A stretch of DNA of 64,000 nucleotides from a virus (IMGVR_UViG_2634166398_000003:3548-67547), one strand, 5' to 3'; shown: positions 19,938 to 28,403, numbered from the stretch's first letter. Made by a program: numbers and translations. The notes: a model not told the origin generated them from the letters alone.

Positions 19938-20145
19938 GACGACGGGCGCCCCAACGTTTGAGCCGCAGCCAACGTAGGTGTGCTCGTCTTTTTTCGTATA
20001 TGCCGACTGCAGCTCCGACTTCTTCCTGCCGCTTCCGTATTTCGGCTCCATACCGCAGCAGACACATCGACTTGCATTCGCAAACTTCGAAATGGCGTGA
20101 ACAATTGGATGGGGCACAGTGGGATTCCATTTGCTTATTTGTCAT
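19927..20145 (-). CDS. Hypothetical protein (Cys-containing)
   Basis: ATG at 20145 after GGAGG; overlaps the recombinase 3' end. Confidence 0.45.
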   Translation of the reverse strand: MTNKQMESHCAPSNCSRHFEVCECKSMCLLRYGAEIRKRQEEVGAAVGIYEKRRAHLRWLRLKRWGARRLID

Positions 20146-20438
20146 AGGCGACCGCCTCCGTTTAATTTTATCCACTGTGTCTTCTTCGTCGGATGCGTGT
20201 CTTTATACCCGATATTTCTGACGACCTCTCGCTCCCACCGCTTCTCTCGATCGGTTGTAAGTTCCCTGTACGCTACTATAACCTTAGTTGGACGCGTTCC
20301 TTTATGTTGCCAACCGACGGCTGCCTGACCAACAGCTAAAGCTCGGAAATAAATACGCTTGTTGTCGACATCTCTAAAAATATTTTCGAGAAATCTGGCT
20401 TGCTCCGGTGTCTCGACTATCATAACTACGAACTCCAT
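20142..20438 (-). CDS. Hypothetical protein
   Basis: ATG at 20438 coupled to the upstream stop. Confidence 0.55.
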   Translation of the reverse strand: MEFVVMIVETPEQARFLENIFRDVDNKRIYFRALAVGQAAVGWQHKGTRPTKVIVAYRELTTDREKRWEREVVRNIGYKDTHPTKKTQWIKLNGGGRL

Positions 20439-21016
20439 TAACACGGAACTCCATTTCCATCTACACAAGAGATTTTTAATAACCGCTTGATTCTCGGTCC
20501 TCTCGGAACACTGACACCCGGATCTACAAAAACTACTTTTCCGTTTAAATTCGGCGCGTTTCTTTGGGTTTCTACAGATAGATAAACAACATCTTTAAAC
20601 GTATTTTCTAATGCCCGGATTGACGTGCTTGTTCCCATCCCTCGACCAATGTAGACTTCACCTTCTGCGCCTGAAGAGTAAGCGCCGTAAATAATGTCGT
20701 TCGCTAATCGAAATTCCTCCGAGTACCAATCGCCAGCTAATCGTTTTACATTTTCGATATACTCCTCGTAAACAGTTGAGGGAGTATCTTCGTGCTTCGC
20801 CTGCTCCTCGCGCAATTCAGCCAGCGCCTGCGTCGCCGTCTTTGCTTCGCGCTGAAGCGCTTTGAGGCCGGTTATAGCTTCTGATACCTCTACGACTACT
20901 TTTACGCTAACGTCGCCTGTTGCGTAAATATTTCCGGTTTGAGATTCTAGGCTGAATTTTGTAGTACCCACCTTCGCCATTTCTGAATTTACTGTTGATT
21001 CGCGTTTATCCGCCAT
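20438..21016 (-). CDS. Hypothetical protein with degenerate P-loop-like segment
   Basis: SD AAGGAG; YIGRGMGTST and VVFVDP segments. Confidence 0.6.
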   Translation of the reverse strand: MADKRESTVNSEMAKVGTTKFSLESQTGNIYATGDVSVKVVVEVSEAITGLKALQREAKTATQALAELREEQAKHEDTPSTVYEEYIENVKRLAGDWYSEEFRLANDIIYGAYSSGAEGEVYIGRGMGTSTSIRALENTFKDVVYLSVETQRNAPNLNGKVVFVDPGVSVPRGPRIKRLLKISCVDGNGVPC

Positions 21017-21072
21017 TCACATCGTCTCCTTTTCATTTCTTAAAGCGCGCTCCAACATGAAACCCGCTTTTA

Positions 21073-21144
21073 CAGGGGCGGCAGGGATCGAACCTGCCCA
21101 CGCGGTTTTGGAGACCGCATCGCCACCGAGGAACATGCGCCCCT
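21073..21144 (-). tRNA. tRNA-Trp(CCA), atypical D arm, CCA end not encoded
   Basis: Acceptor AGGGGCG/CGCCCCT+G; anticodon arm GCGGT-CTCCAAA-ACCGC; T arm GCAGG-TTCGATC-CCTGC. Confidence 0.85.
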
Positions 21145-21254
21145 ATTTGCCACACCGACCGGGGTCCGCATTGTTAAGAGGCGTGTCGGTGGGTGCGCTA
21201 GCGTCACCGGAAGGCTCGTAAGCACATTCCGGCCGATCGGTAAAACGCAAGCAC

Positions 21255-21286
21255 AAAAAGACCTCCGCCGTAGGGTGCGGAAGCCT
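21255..21286 (-). terminator. Intrinsic terminator upstream of the tRNA region
   Basis: GGCTTCCGC-loop-GCGGAGGTC followed by T5. Confidence 0.6.
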
Positions 21287-21300
21287 CGTTCTGATTGCGT

Positions 21301-21570
21301 TTAATTGTCGTTTACTTCTTCGTAAGTCTTTTCGAAAATGTCCGGCTTGCACGGGTAAAGTTCGCCCTTAATGCCGCGAATAATGTAGTCACCAACCTGT
21401 GCGATCATATCTCCCTCTAAAGTCTGAATCGTTAAAGTCGGGTATTCGCTCTGATAACTGTATACGATCGTCCTTCCGCCAGCCAAGTTCGAAATATCAG
21501 TGATTGAATGCGCCGTATCCTCGAATTTTACCGCTTCTATTTCAACCGGCTTTTTACGATATTTCGCCAC
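21301..21570 (-). CDS. Conserved small phage protein (KKPVxIEA...GDYII...YPCKPDIF family)
   Basis: Recognisable widespread phage motif set; SD GGAGG. Confidence 0.75.
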   Translation of the reverse strand: MAKYRKKPVEIEAVKFEDTAHSITDISNLAGGRTIVYSYQSEYPTLTIQTLEGDMIAQVGDYIIRGIKGELYPCKPDIFEKTYEEVNDN

Positions 21571-21684
21571 CCTTTCGTCCTCCCTTCGAAATCACACGAA
21601 ATTAGCGTATCTAACGTTTACCCTACCGAATACCTTCCGTCTGGATTAAAACGGCTGTGGCGTGCTTATTTCGTGGTAGAATCG

Positions 21685-21813
21685 TTATGTTAAGCCGCCA
21701 TAATAACAAGCCTCGTAATATTCGTCCCAACACCGCTCGCACATATGACGATCGTTAATATCATCGTATTCTACTTCGCAATCTTTTTCGCAAACGTCGC
21801 ATTTATGAGGCAA
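21685..21813 (-). CDS. 42 aa acidic zinc-ribbon protein (not in track)
   Basis: GGAGG then TTG: MPHKCDVCEKDCEVEYDDINDRHMCERCWDEYYEACYYGGLT. Confidence 0.6.
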   Translation of the reverse strand: MPHKCDVCEKDCEVEYDDINDRHMCERCWDEYYEACYYGGLT

Positions 21814-21831
21814 CGTCTACACCTCCGTTTA

Positions 21832-22011
21832 TCATTTCGTAATCGATTCGATGATTTCGAAGCTCGTCGTTCTACTTACCATGTCGTATATGGAGGGTCT
21901 TCCGCAATTTACAGTGATCTTTATCGCGCCATCTCCTTCAAGCATCTCCGCAAACCTTTCCGTTAATAGCGCCTTCTGGTCGTCTGTCAGCCGTTGAACC
22001 TGAATGAACAA
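21832..22011 (-). CDS. Hypothetical protein, first gene of the late operon
   Basis: GGAGGTG SD then TTG at 22011. Confidence 0.5.
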   Translation of the reverse strand: MFIQVQRLTDDQKALLTERFAEMLEGDGAIKITVNCGRPSIYDMVSRTTSFEIIESITK

Positions 22012-22575
22012 CGCGATCACCTCCGTTTAGTTAACGCCCCGAGTTCGAAAAATTGTGCGCAAGTTCCGGACAGCAGTTGCGCCGGTATTTTTGGGGGCGG
22101 TTGGGGGCCCGGCGTTTCCGCGATTCTTCGTTTGGGTCATCGTATATTAAATACATATTTATGAATAACGAATTTAACAGAAGTAAATTGAGTTACATTC
22201 GAATCAATAGACAAACGTTGATATGATAACGTTCGTCATCGTTTACTCATCGCAATTAAACGTACATTGTTTATGCATTCGAGAATCCGCGCCACGCCTG
22301 CACCCTGCCGCATGCCCTGTGCCGTATGCTATGTATAGGATCGTGCATATTGCGTTGGTCATTCGGTTTGACCCCGTGAGTTTCGGAAGGGCTCATCCTC
22401 CGGCGGTGGCTCGTTGCTGTTCGCCTCATCACGCATCGCAACCGGACGCCTCTCCGCCGCCTTCCTTCCTATATAACTATACGTATGCCTATACGGTGTT
22501 ACATATAGCGTACGTGTGCCGGCTATATCCCGCCTGCCTATCGCTAGGTTATACGGTATGTTACGTCCTTCTATT

Positions 22576-22610
22576 ACGTATAGACAGCTAAGACGGTATT
22601 TAACAAGTAT
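22576..22610 (-). promoter_or_regulatory. Putative phage late promoter (class C)
   Basis: TACCG-NN-TTAG-N-TGTCTATACGT, also present at 29701-29735. Confidence 0.6.
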
Positions 22611-22871
22611 AAACGTCGGCCTATCGCTATTTATTTCGTTAGGTTAACGCTATATTAACGGATGTCTTCCGCTTGTATTTAAACATAGCGCTAATTCCGG
22701 TCACTTCGTTCCCTACATACGCGCAGATATTAATAGATATATTGATTGCGTTAACACCGGACGGAGGCGAAGCCGTAGTTCCGGAGGCTTGTGATTCACA
22801 AGACTAAGAAGTGATTGGCGGACTAAAACGGCTGTATCCCTTGCGGCTCTAAGCGCGAACCCACTTTTCGG

Positions 22872-22923
22872 TTGTGCGAATAAAGTCGTGTTTTTGCCCG
22901 ATTTGTGCGAATAAAGTCGTGTT
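22872..22923. repeat. Two perfect 21 bp direct repeats TTGTGCGAATAAAGTCGTGTT (iteron-like)
   Basis: Copies at 22872-22892 and 22903-22923, 31 bp period. Confidence 0.9.
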
Positions 22924-22975
22924 CATTATCATTTAGGTTATCGTAGTTGAGAATCGCAGGATAAACGAACCCACG

Positions 22976-23006
22976 AAAAAAAAGACGCCAACTATTCGTC
23001 AGCGCC
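22976..23006 (-). terminator. Terminator of the glycosyltransferase gene
   Basis: GGCGCTGAC-loop-GTTGGCGTC followed by T8. Confidence 0.7.
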
Positions 23007-24021
23007 TCAACGTAAGTATTTTCCCCGTCAGAAACAATCCAACGACCGCCTTCCGTTTCAGCATCGCCAGATACATCCGCCTCGCCCAGCTCTCCTCGTG
23101 CTGCAGCGCTATCGTAACCGCCTTCCCTACGTTCGGATGTTCGACTATGCGCTTAATCAGCGTCAACTTTTCGCGCACTGTTTTACGGCAGCCCGGCTTG
23201 AATTCGTTTTGTATGCAACCGTTAACCGCGATATAACATTTTCGCCGCGCCAGATCTACCGCAACTTTCTCGCTATATAAGCCCCACCGTTTCGCGTACC
23301 GTTCAAGCGTATCGCTATCGATGTACGAATCGAATAGCTCCGGATTATATTCGCGCATCAAACTGGCGTCATTGATCTGCCGGTAATGGTACAGCGGCTT
23401 ATCAACATAGTATGCCGTCCGACAATACGTAAACGCGTCCATGTTGAACAGCCAATCCTCGCCGAGATACTTGCCGTCAGGGAACGTTATGTTATGCGTA
23501 TCGAGCACGCTTCTGCGGATTACCTTGCCGACGCCGCCGTACGATCCGTTATATAAGAAATCCGTTAATATAGTCGCTTTAATCTCGGCCCGTCCGATCG
23601 GCTCATTCGCTTTTGCGCTATAACTTTTCGTATAGCTTTTCGTTTTGTCTTCGTAATCCCAACGCATGTCCGTAAACACAATATCTGCGTTGTTTTCACG
23701 GGCGGCTTCGTACATAATCGCGTAAGCTTCAGGCTCGATCCAATCGTCCGAGTCGATAAATGCTACGTATTCGCCACGCGCCTGCCTTAACGCAGTATTA
23801 CGCGCCGTTCCCGGACCTTGATTCGCCTGATAAATCGGTTTGACTCGTTCATCTATCGTGGAATAGTACCGCAGAATATTGCGCGTCGCATCAGTCGAGC
23901 CGTCATCTACGACCAAAACCTCGATATTTTTAAGCGTCTGTCCGAGTACGCTGTCAATGCAATCGCAAAGATACTTTTCGCCATTGTATACCGGTATAAT
24001 AACGCTCATTTTCGGATTCAT
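22999..24021 (-). CDS. GT2 family glycosyltransferase (EpsH/EpsJ-like)
   Basis: SVIIPVYN, VDDGSTD, ARN and FIDSDD (DxD), GED motifs. Confidence 0.92.
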   Translation of the reverse strand: MNPKMSVIIPVYNGEKYLCDCIDSVLGQTLKNIEVLVVDDGSTDATRNILRYYSTIDERVKPIYQANQGPGTARNTALRQARGEYVAFIDSDDWIEPEAYAIMYEAARENNADIVFTDMRWDYEDKTKSYTKSYSAKANEPIGRAEIKATILTDFLYNGSYGGVGKVIRRSVLDTHNITFPDGKYLGEDWLFNMDAFTYCRTAYYVDKPLYHYRQINDASLMREYNPELFDSYIDSDTLERYAKRWGLYSEKVAVDLARRKCYIAVNGCIQNEFKPGCRKTVREKLTLIKRIVEHPNVGKAVTIALQHEESWARRMYLAMLKRKAVVGLFLTGKILTLRR

Positions 24022-24072
24022 TTATAACCGCCCTTTCAGTTCGGGAATTCCCGTACTTTATTCGATAGGATA

Positions 24073-24100
24073 ATTATACCAACGCGCGCTCGAATTTCAA
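24073..24100 (-). promoter_or_regulatory. SigA promoter of the glycosyltransferase
   Basis: TTGAAA-16-TATAAT with extended -10 TG. Confidence 0.65.
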
Positions 24101-24119
24101 CACAAAAAAAGACGCCGAT

Positions 24120-24344
24120 TTACTCAGCGTCCTCTTCCGTGACTTCTTTTACCTCAAATAATTCTTCGTATTTAACTCCGGTTGCTTTCATGATAGATGC
24201 TACGTGCCAGTCGTAATGCCTTTCGGAATTATCGAATCGAGAGATTGCCGACTGAGTAACGCCGGATCTACGCGATAATTCGGATTGGGACCACCCTAAT
24301 TGCGAAAGTAGCGCTCCAAGACGAGGCTTTACCGTAATTTTCAT
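24120..24344 (-). CDS. Xre/Cro-family HTH repressor (74 aa)
   Basis: WSQSELSRRSGVTQSAISRF HTH; ATG 24344 after GAGGTG. Confidence 0.85.
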   Translation of the reverse strand: MKITVKPRLGALLSQLGWSQSELSRRSGVTQSAISRFDNSERHYDWHVASIMKATGVKYEELFEVKEVTEEDAE

Positions 24345-24362
24345 TTCGACCACCTCGTTATA

Positions 24363-24426
24363 ATTATACGCTAGAGGATATTTTTTCGCAAATACCCTTG
24401 ACGACACCTATGCGCTGGCGTATAGT
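24363..24426. promoter_or_regulatory. Divergent SigA promoters, each containing a 16 bp operator
   Basis: Minus: TTGCGA-17-TATAAT with operator 24365-24380; plus: TTGACG-17-TATAGT with operator TATGCGCTGGCGTATA at 24409-24424. Confidence 0.8.
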
Positions 24427-24475
24427 TTAGAATAACGAAGGGCCCTCGTTAATAAAATCCGAGAGGGGTAACGAA

Positions 24476-25273
24476 ATGATTAATGATTCACGAAAACTGA
24501 ATAAGGCGATTAAAGAACGAAACGGAGGCGCAGCCCCACAGACCAAAGCAAAGCTGCACCGTCCGAACCGAACGAAGCACTTCCAGTATATCACAGCGTT
24601 TATTCTATGCGCAATGTTATTCGCATCCACTTCAACCACCGCGCAAGCCACCGACGTTTACCGCAACTTTGTCGAACTCCAAGCCAACGAACCCGAGACG
24701 AACTACAACATTTTCGCAATCGACCACGCCACGCCCGTCCTGATACTAGCGCCACACGGCGGCAGTATTGAAGGCGGAACTAGCGAACTTGCTCGCGAAC
24801 TCAGTACCGACTATTCTACGTATCTATTCGAATCTCTTAAGACGCCGAACGGCTTCGACCTCCACATCACGAGTACCCATTTCGACGAACCAACTGCGCT
24901 TGCCTTAGTTGCGCGACACCATCGCGCTATATCTCTCCACGGCTATAGCGACAGCGCCGAGCATATTATCGTAGGTGGCACCGATCCGGTCCGCGGACAG
25001 ACGTTAGTAGATCGCTTGAACGTTGCCGGCTTTAGTGCCGAACTTGTAGGCGCTGGACATCGATTCGCAGGCGCAAGTAGCGCGAACATAGCGAATAAGT
25101 GCATAACCGGCGAAAGCTTACAGATCGAGCTTAGTACCGGTTTACGCAAAAGCATGTTCGATAAGTTCTCACTTAACGGACGCGCTGGAACCGAAACCGA
25201 GACGTTCTATAAGTTTGCTGGGTTGCTGTCGGATTTCATTAACGAAAACTATAACGCTGGAGGTAACGAATAA
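24476..25273 (+). CDS. Poly-gamma-glutamate hydrolase (PghP/DUF867 family) with signal peptide
   Basis: APHGGSIEGGT, LHITSTHFDEP, SLHG and QIELS motifs; hydrophobic stretch ending AQA. Confidence 0.9.
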   Translation: MINDSRKLNKAIKERNGGAAPQTKAKLHRPNRTKHFQYITAFILCAMLFASTSTTAQATDVYRNFVELQANEPETNYNIFAIDHATPVLILAPHGGSIEGGTSELARELSTDYSTYLFESLKTPNGFDLHITSTHFDEPTALALVARHHRAISLHGYSDSAEHIIVGGTDPVRGQTLVDRLNVAGFSAELVGAGHRFAGASSANIANKCITGESLQIELSTGLRKSMFDKFSLNGRAGTETETFYKFAGLLSDFINENYNAGGNE

Positions 25274-27039
25274 TGATGCGATATACGTTGGAAGTCGAAA
25301 AGTACGGTATCTGTAGCGATGGGACTGATGCGGACGTGACTACGGCGGGGTTTAACCAGGCGCTTAAAGACGCATCAGAGGCGGGCATTTGCGAGATTGA
25401 TATACCACGTGGCGATTACCTGATCGACGGGGTTAATAAAGACTCCGCTAATAAACCAGAAGAACGCGCAGGTATTATTGTTCCGTCCAATATGTCGTTA
25501 AATCTACACCCGGAAGCCGTATTCCGCGTGGAGCCGAACAGTTCTTTTGGATATACGTGTTTCTATATCGGAGAAGTCGAAAACGTGACGATAAAAGGCG
25601 GTAAGATACGTGGCGAACGTTACCAGCACGACTTTACCGGGCACGGTGATCGCGTAAAGAAAGAAACACACGAATGGGGATACGGCATAAACGTACATGG
25701 CGCCAAGAATGTCGTCATCGAAGGCGTGGATATTGCGGATTGTACAGGCGATTGTATTATGGTGAACGCGCAAGGCATGTTAAACGTACCGTGGACGACT
25801 TACCGGCCTGCCCGCAATATTACGATTGAGCGCTGTAAATTAGACGGAGCGCGTCGAAACAATATATCGGTCACCGGCGGAGAAGATGTGAAGATCGATA
25901 AAAACGTAATAACCAATGCAGGTATAAACGATGGCTGCAAGCCTATGTTCGGCATTGATATCGAAGGTTACGGAGAAGGTAATATCGACTACGAAGAGCC
26001 TCGCAATGTGAAGATAACGAATAATACTTTCGTAGGCAATGTGCTACAGTCCGTTTGCAACTTCAGCGGATACGAGGTCGTTATCTCCGGCAACTATTCG
26101 GATAACTCGATCTCTTACGGATTCGGAACCGACACTGCCATTTCGAATAATACGTTAGTACGTACGGACAAGAAATATACTGCAATTACGAGTCTCGGCG
26201 TGTCGGCCGGCTTTACCGGAAATAACACGACAATCACAGGAAATACGATAAAAGGCTTCAGCAGTGGTATTGACATTCGCGGAGCAGACGTTTCAGTATC
26301 CGGCAATACAATTTCGGAGCTTAGCGCGGACGGTACCGCATTAGCTACCTTCGAAGCCAAGAACGTTAAGTTTTCGGATAACATCGTAAACCACTGTCCG
26401 GGTAAATTATGTAGCGCGCGTAACTCAAAAGACATAACGTTCGAAGGTAACGATCTCCACGATTCGGATATTACTGCGATAGAGATTGCCGATTCCATTA
26501 ACGTTAAAGCGAAGTCGAACGACATTAAACGCAGTAAGCAAGGCGTCGTGGTTACGAGGTCTTCGGCGAAACTGATAGATAACGACATTGATCTTGCCGA
26601 CTACCCTGGCGCAACAGGATACGCTATATCTTTCGATAAGGGAAGCGACGTGAATATCGAATACAGCCGTATACCAAAACCGGCAAACATGGCTATTTAC
26701 GGAGAAAGCGCTGAGGGTCGAACCGTTCGCATTAAAAATAACGACATTACTGACGCGAAATGCTTGGTACCGATTTACGTCGTCGGTGGTAAAAACCCTG
26801 AAATATCCGGAAATGACATAACGTTTAATCGGAAGGCTTCGGGTGGTTACGGAATTCAAACGAAAAACACCGACGGTGCCTTAGTAAAGGAAAATGTTGT
26901 GTATTCGGCCAACTCATTCGCGTTGTACAATCCGATTAAGACTTCCGAGTCTGTGAATTCGCGAGTCATCGGAAATAAGGTATCCGGCACCCTATCGCTC
27001 AACGAAACCGACAAGGAATATCAAAATATTCCGATTTAA
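25273..27039 (+). CDS. Right-handed beta-helix protein (pectin-lyase-like; SPbeta YorA-like)
   Basis: Many I.GN.I coil repeats, HEWGYGI, ARRNNISV and FGIDIE motifs; coupled to the hydrolase gene. Confidence 0.8.
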   Translation: MMRYTLEVEKYGICSDGTDADVTTAGFNQALKDASEAGICEIDIPRGDYLIDGVNKDSANKPEERAGIIVPSNMSLNLHPEAVFRVEPNSSFGYTCFYIGEVENVTIKGGKIRGERYQHDFTGHGDRVKKETHEWGYGINVHGAKNVVIEGVDIADCTGDCIMVNAQGMLNVPWTTYRPARNITIERCKLDGARRNNISVTGGEDVKIDKNVITNAGINDGCKPMFGIDIEGYGEGNIDYEEPRNVKITNNTFVGNVLQSVCNFSGYEVVISGNYSDNSISYGFGTDTAISNNTLVRTDKKYTAITSLGVSAGFTGNNTTITGNTIKGFSSGIDIRGADVSVSGNTISELSADGTALATFEAKNVKFSDNIVNHCPGKLCSARNSKDITFEGNDLHDSDITAIEIADSINVKAKSNDIKRSKQGVVVTRSSAKLIDNDIDLADYPGATGYAISFDKGSDVNIEYSRIPKPANMAIYGESAEGRTVRIKNNDITDAKCLVPIYVVGGKNPEISGNDITFNRKASGGYGIQTKNTDGALVKENVVYSANSFALYNPIKTSESVNSRVIGNKVSGTLSLNETDKEYQNIPI

Positions 27040-27040
27040 C

Positions 27041-27069
27041 TTGACATTTTCTATGCGCTAGCGCATAAT
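27041..27069 (+). promoter_or_regulatory. SigA promoter with perfect palindromic operator TATGCGCTAGCGCATA
   Basis: TTGACA-17-CATAAT; palindrome at 27052-27067. Confidence 0.85.
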
Positions 27070-27098
27070 AGAGTTATAGAAAGGAGGTGAACGGTAAA

Positions 27099-27245
27099 TT
27101 GATTGACATCATCGTAAAGCTTTCCGCGCTCCTTGGCACTTGGTTAGCGATTTTCAAACTCTCGCTAGAACTTCGCAAGATGCGCAAAGAGGCGAAAGCA
27201 AAAGAGCGACGGCTTCCGACCAAGAAACACCGTCGCCGCACATAA
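27099..27245 (+). CDS. 48 aa YonT-like type I toxin candidate (not in track)
   Basis: AAGGAGGTGA SD; MIDIIVKLSALLGTWLAIFKLSLELRKMRKEAKAKERRLPTKKHRRRT has one hydrophobic helix and a very basic tail. Confidence 0.65.
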   Translation: MIDIIVKLSALLGTWLAIFKLSLELRKMRKEAKAKERRLPTKKHRRRT

Positions 27246-27287
27246 CCCAACGGGGGCGAAAGCCCCTGTCAATCAATTATACCACGT

Positions 27288-27461
27288 ATGAAACGGATTA
27301 ATACCACGGAAATTTTGCTAATTGTCGTCCTTGTCTCATGGATTGCGAGCATGAATTTCGCCAAGCTTTCCGCGCTCGATTATATCGGAATCGGATCGGC
27401 GATCGTATTTTTTGTCCTTCTGATCTTACGGCGGAAAGGCGGTGTGGAAAATGACGCTTGA
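27288..27461 (+). CDS. 57 aa two-helix membrane protein (not in track)
   Basis: MKRINTTEILLIVVLVSWIASMNFAKLSALDYIGIGSAIVFFVLLILRRKGGVENDA; no clear SD. Confidence 0.55.
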   Translation: MKRINTTEILLIVVLVSWIASMNFAKLSALDYIGIGSAIVFFVLLILRRKGGVENDA

Positions 27462-27654
27462 TATAAGATGCCTGTGGTCGGACAGTCCGCCATTAACAAC
27501 GAAACAGAAAGCGCAGATCATCGACCTGTACGAACGACCAAAGAACATATTTCAGGACAGCGGACGCGCGTATCAGATCGGTTTTAACACGGCGCTTACC
27601 TACTTCGGATATCTAATCGAAACTAAAGGAGACGATCTACATGAAAACGGTTAA
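27451..27654 (+). CDS. Hypothetical protein
   Basis: ATG at 27451 after AAGGCGGTG; overlaps neighbours. Confidence 0.55.
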   Translation: MTLDIRCLWSDSPPLTTKQKAQIIDLYERPKNIFQDSGRAYQIGFNTALTYFGYLIETKGDDLHENG

Positions 27655-27823
27655 AGCTTACTTTACTCAGGATGAGCAGATCCCATTTAACAAATTATCT
27701 TCTTGCGAATGTTGTGACGAAGAAAACTCCAAAGAAGTTTACGCAGAAGAGGTTCCGAGGGGCTACGTATGGACGTCATATTGCCACTCATGTCGATACG
27801 AAACCTCAGGGTACGAATTTTAG
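27641..27823 (+). CDS. Small zinc-ribbon protein
   Basis: CECC and CHSC motifs; SD AAGGAG. Confidence 0.55.
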   Translation: MKTVKAYFTQDEQIPFNKLSSCECCDEENSKEVYAEEVPRGYVWTSYCHSCRYETSGYEF

Positions 27824-27852
27824 TATTAGTAGGGAAACGGAGAGTCATAACG

Positions 27853-27969
27853 ATGATTGAATACACTTGCCACGATTGCAATTACGCAAAGTTAGATATC
27901 GAAATCAAGCCGGACGCGTGCTGCCCTACGTGTGGTACGCGGCTGGAAGTTGAGGAGGAAATCGTATGA
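27853..27969 (+). CDS. 38 aa zinc-ribbon protein
   Basis: MIEYTCHDC...CPTCG; SD GGAG; ATGA overlap with the next gene. Confidence 0.55.
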   Translation: MIEYTCHDCNYAKLDIEIKPDACCPTCGTRLEVEEEIV

Positions 27970-28403
27970 AACGTTTAGTCAAATCGCTCGTAATCACCGC
28001 CACCCTATTAACCGGCACTATTGCGCTGGCTCCGCAAGCTGACGCGGCATGGTCGGGCTGGCAGACGGAGAAGTTCGGACACACGGCGCGGGTATATACG
28101 GACGCAACCACGTACAGCAGTAGCGCAAGCACGGTCGACTGGAAAGCCGAGAAGAAAGGCGGCGCAACGCTGTACTACACAGCCGGCGTTTATAAAAAGC
28201 GCAGCGGTGGCGGGCTGACTGATACGAATCTGGTACAGCGCGGAAGCTTCAAGACGTCAACGCCGCTGAAGTCGTTTAGTGCGAAGTCTATCCGCAGTAA
28301 GACCGGCAAAGGCACCTACGTTATTCAGATCGACTGCTATTCGGATTCAGGCAAGCGCAAATACGTCGGTACGTTTGAGTCAGCGAAATTCAACGTTAAA
28401 TAA
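27966..28403 (+). CDS. Secreted basic beta-rich protein
   Basis: Sec signal peptide ending ADA; Lys/Ser/Thr-rich mature region. Confidence 0.75.
   Translation: MKRLVKSLVITATLLTGTIALAPQADAAWSGWQTEKFGHTARVYTDATTYSSSASTVDWKAEKKGGATLYYTAGVYKKRSGGGLTDTNLVQRGSFKTSTPLKSFSAKSIRSKTGKGTYVIQIDCYSDSGKRKYVGTFESAKFNVK

Noticed and set aside
22223-22591. 122 aa plus-strand ORF in the non-coding region
   Set aside because: No SD, atypical composition, and antisense to the late leader
22872-22923. Possible mini CRISPR array
   Set aside because: Only two 21 bp repeats with a 10 bp spacer and no cas operon; the PD-(D/E)XK nuclease at 43271 lies in the replication module
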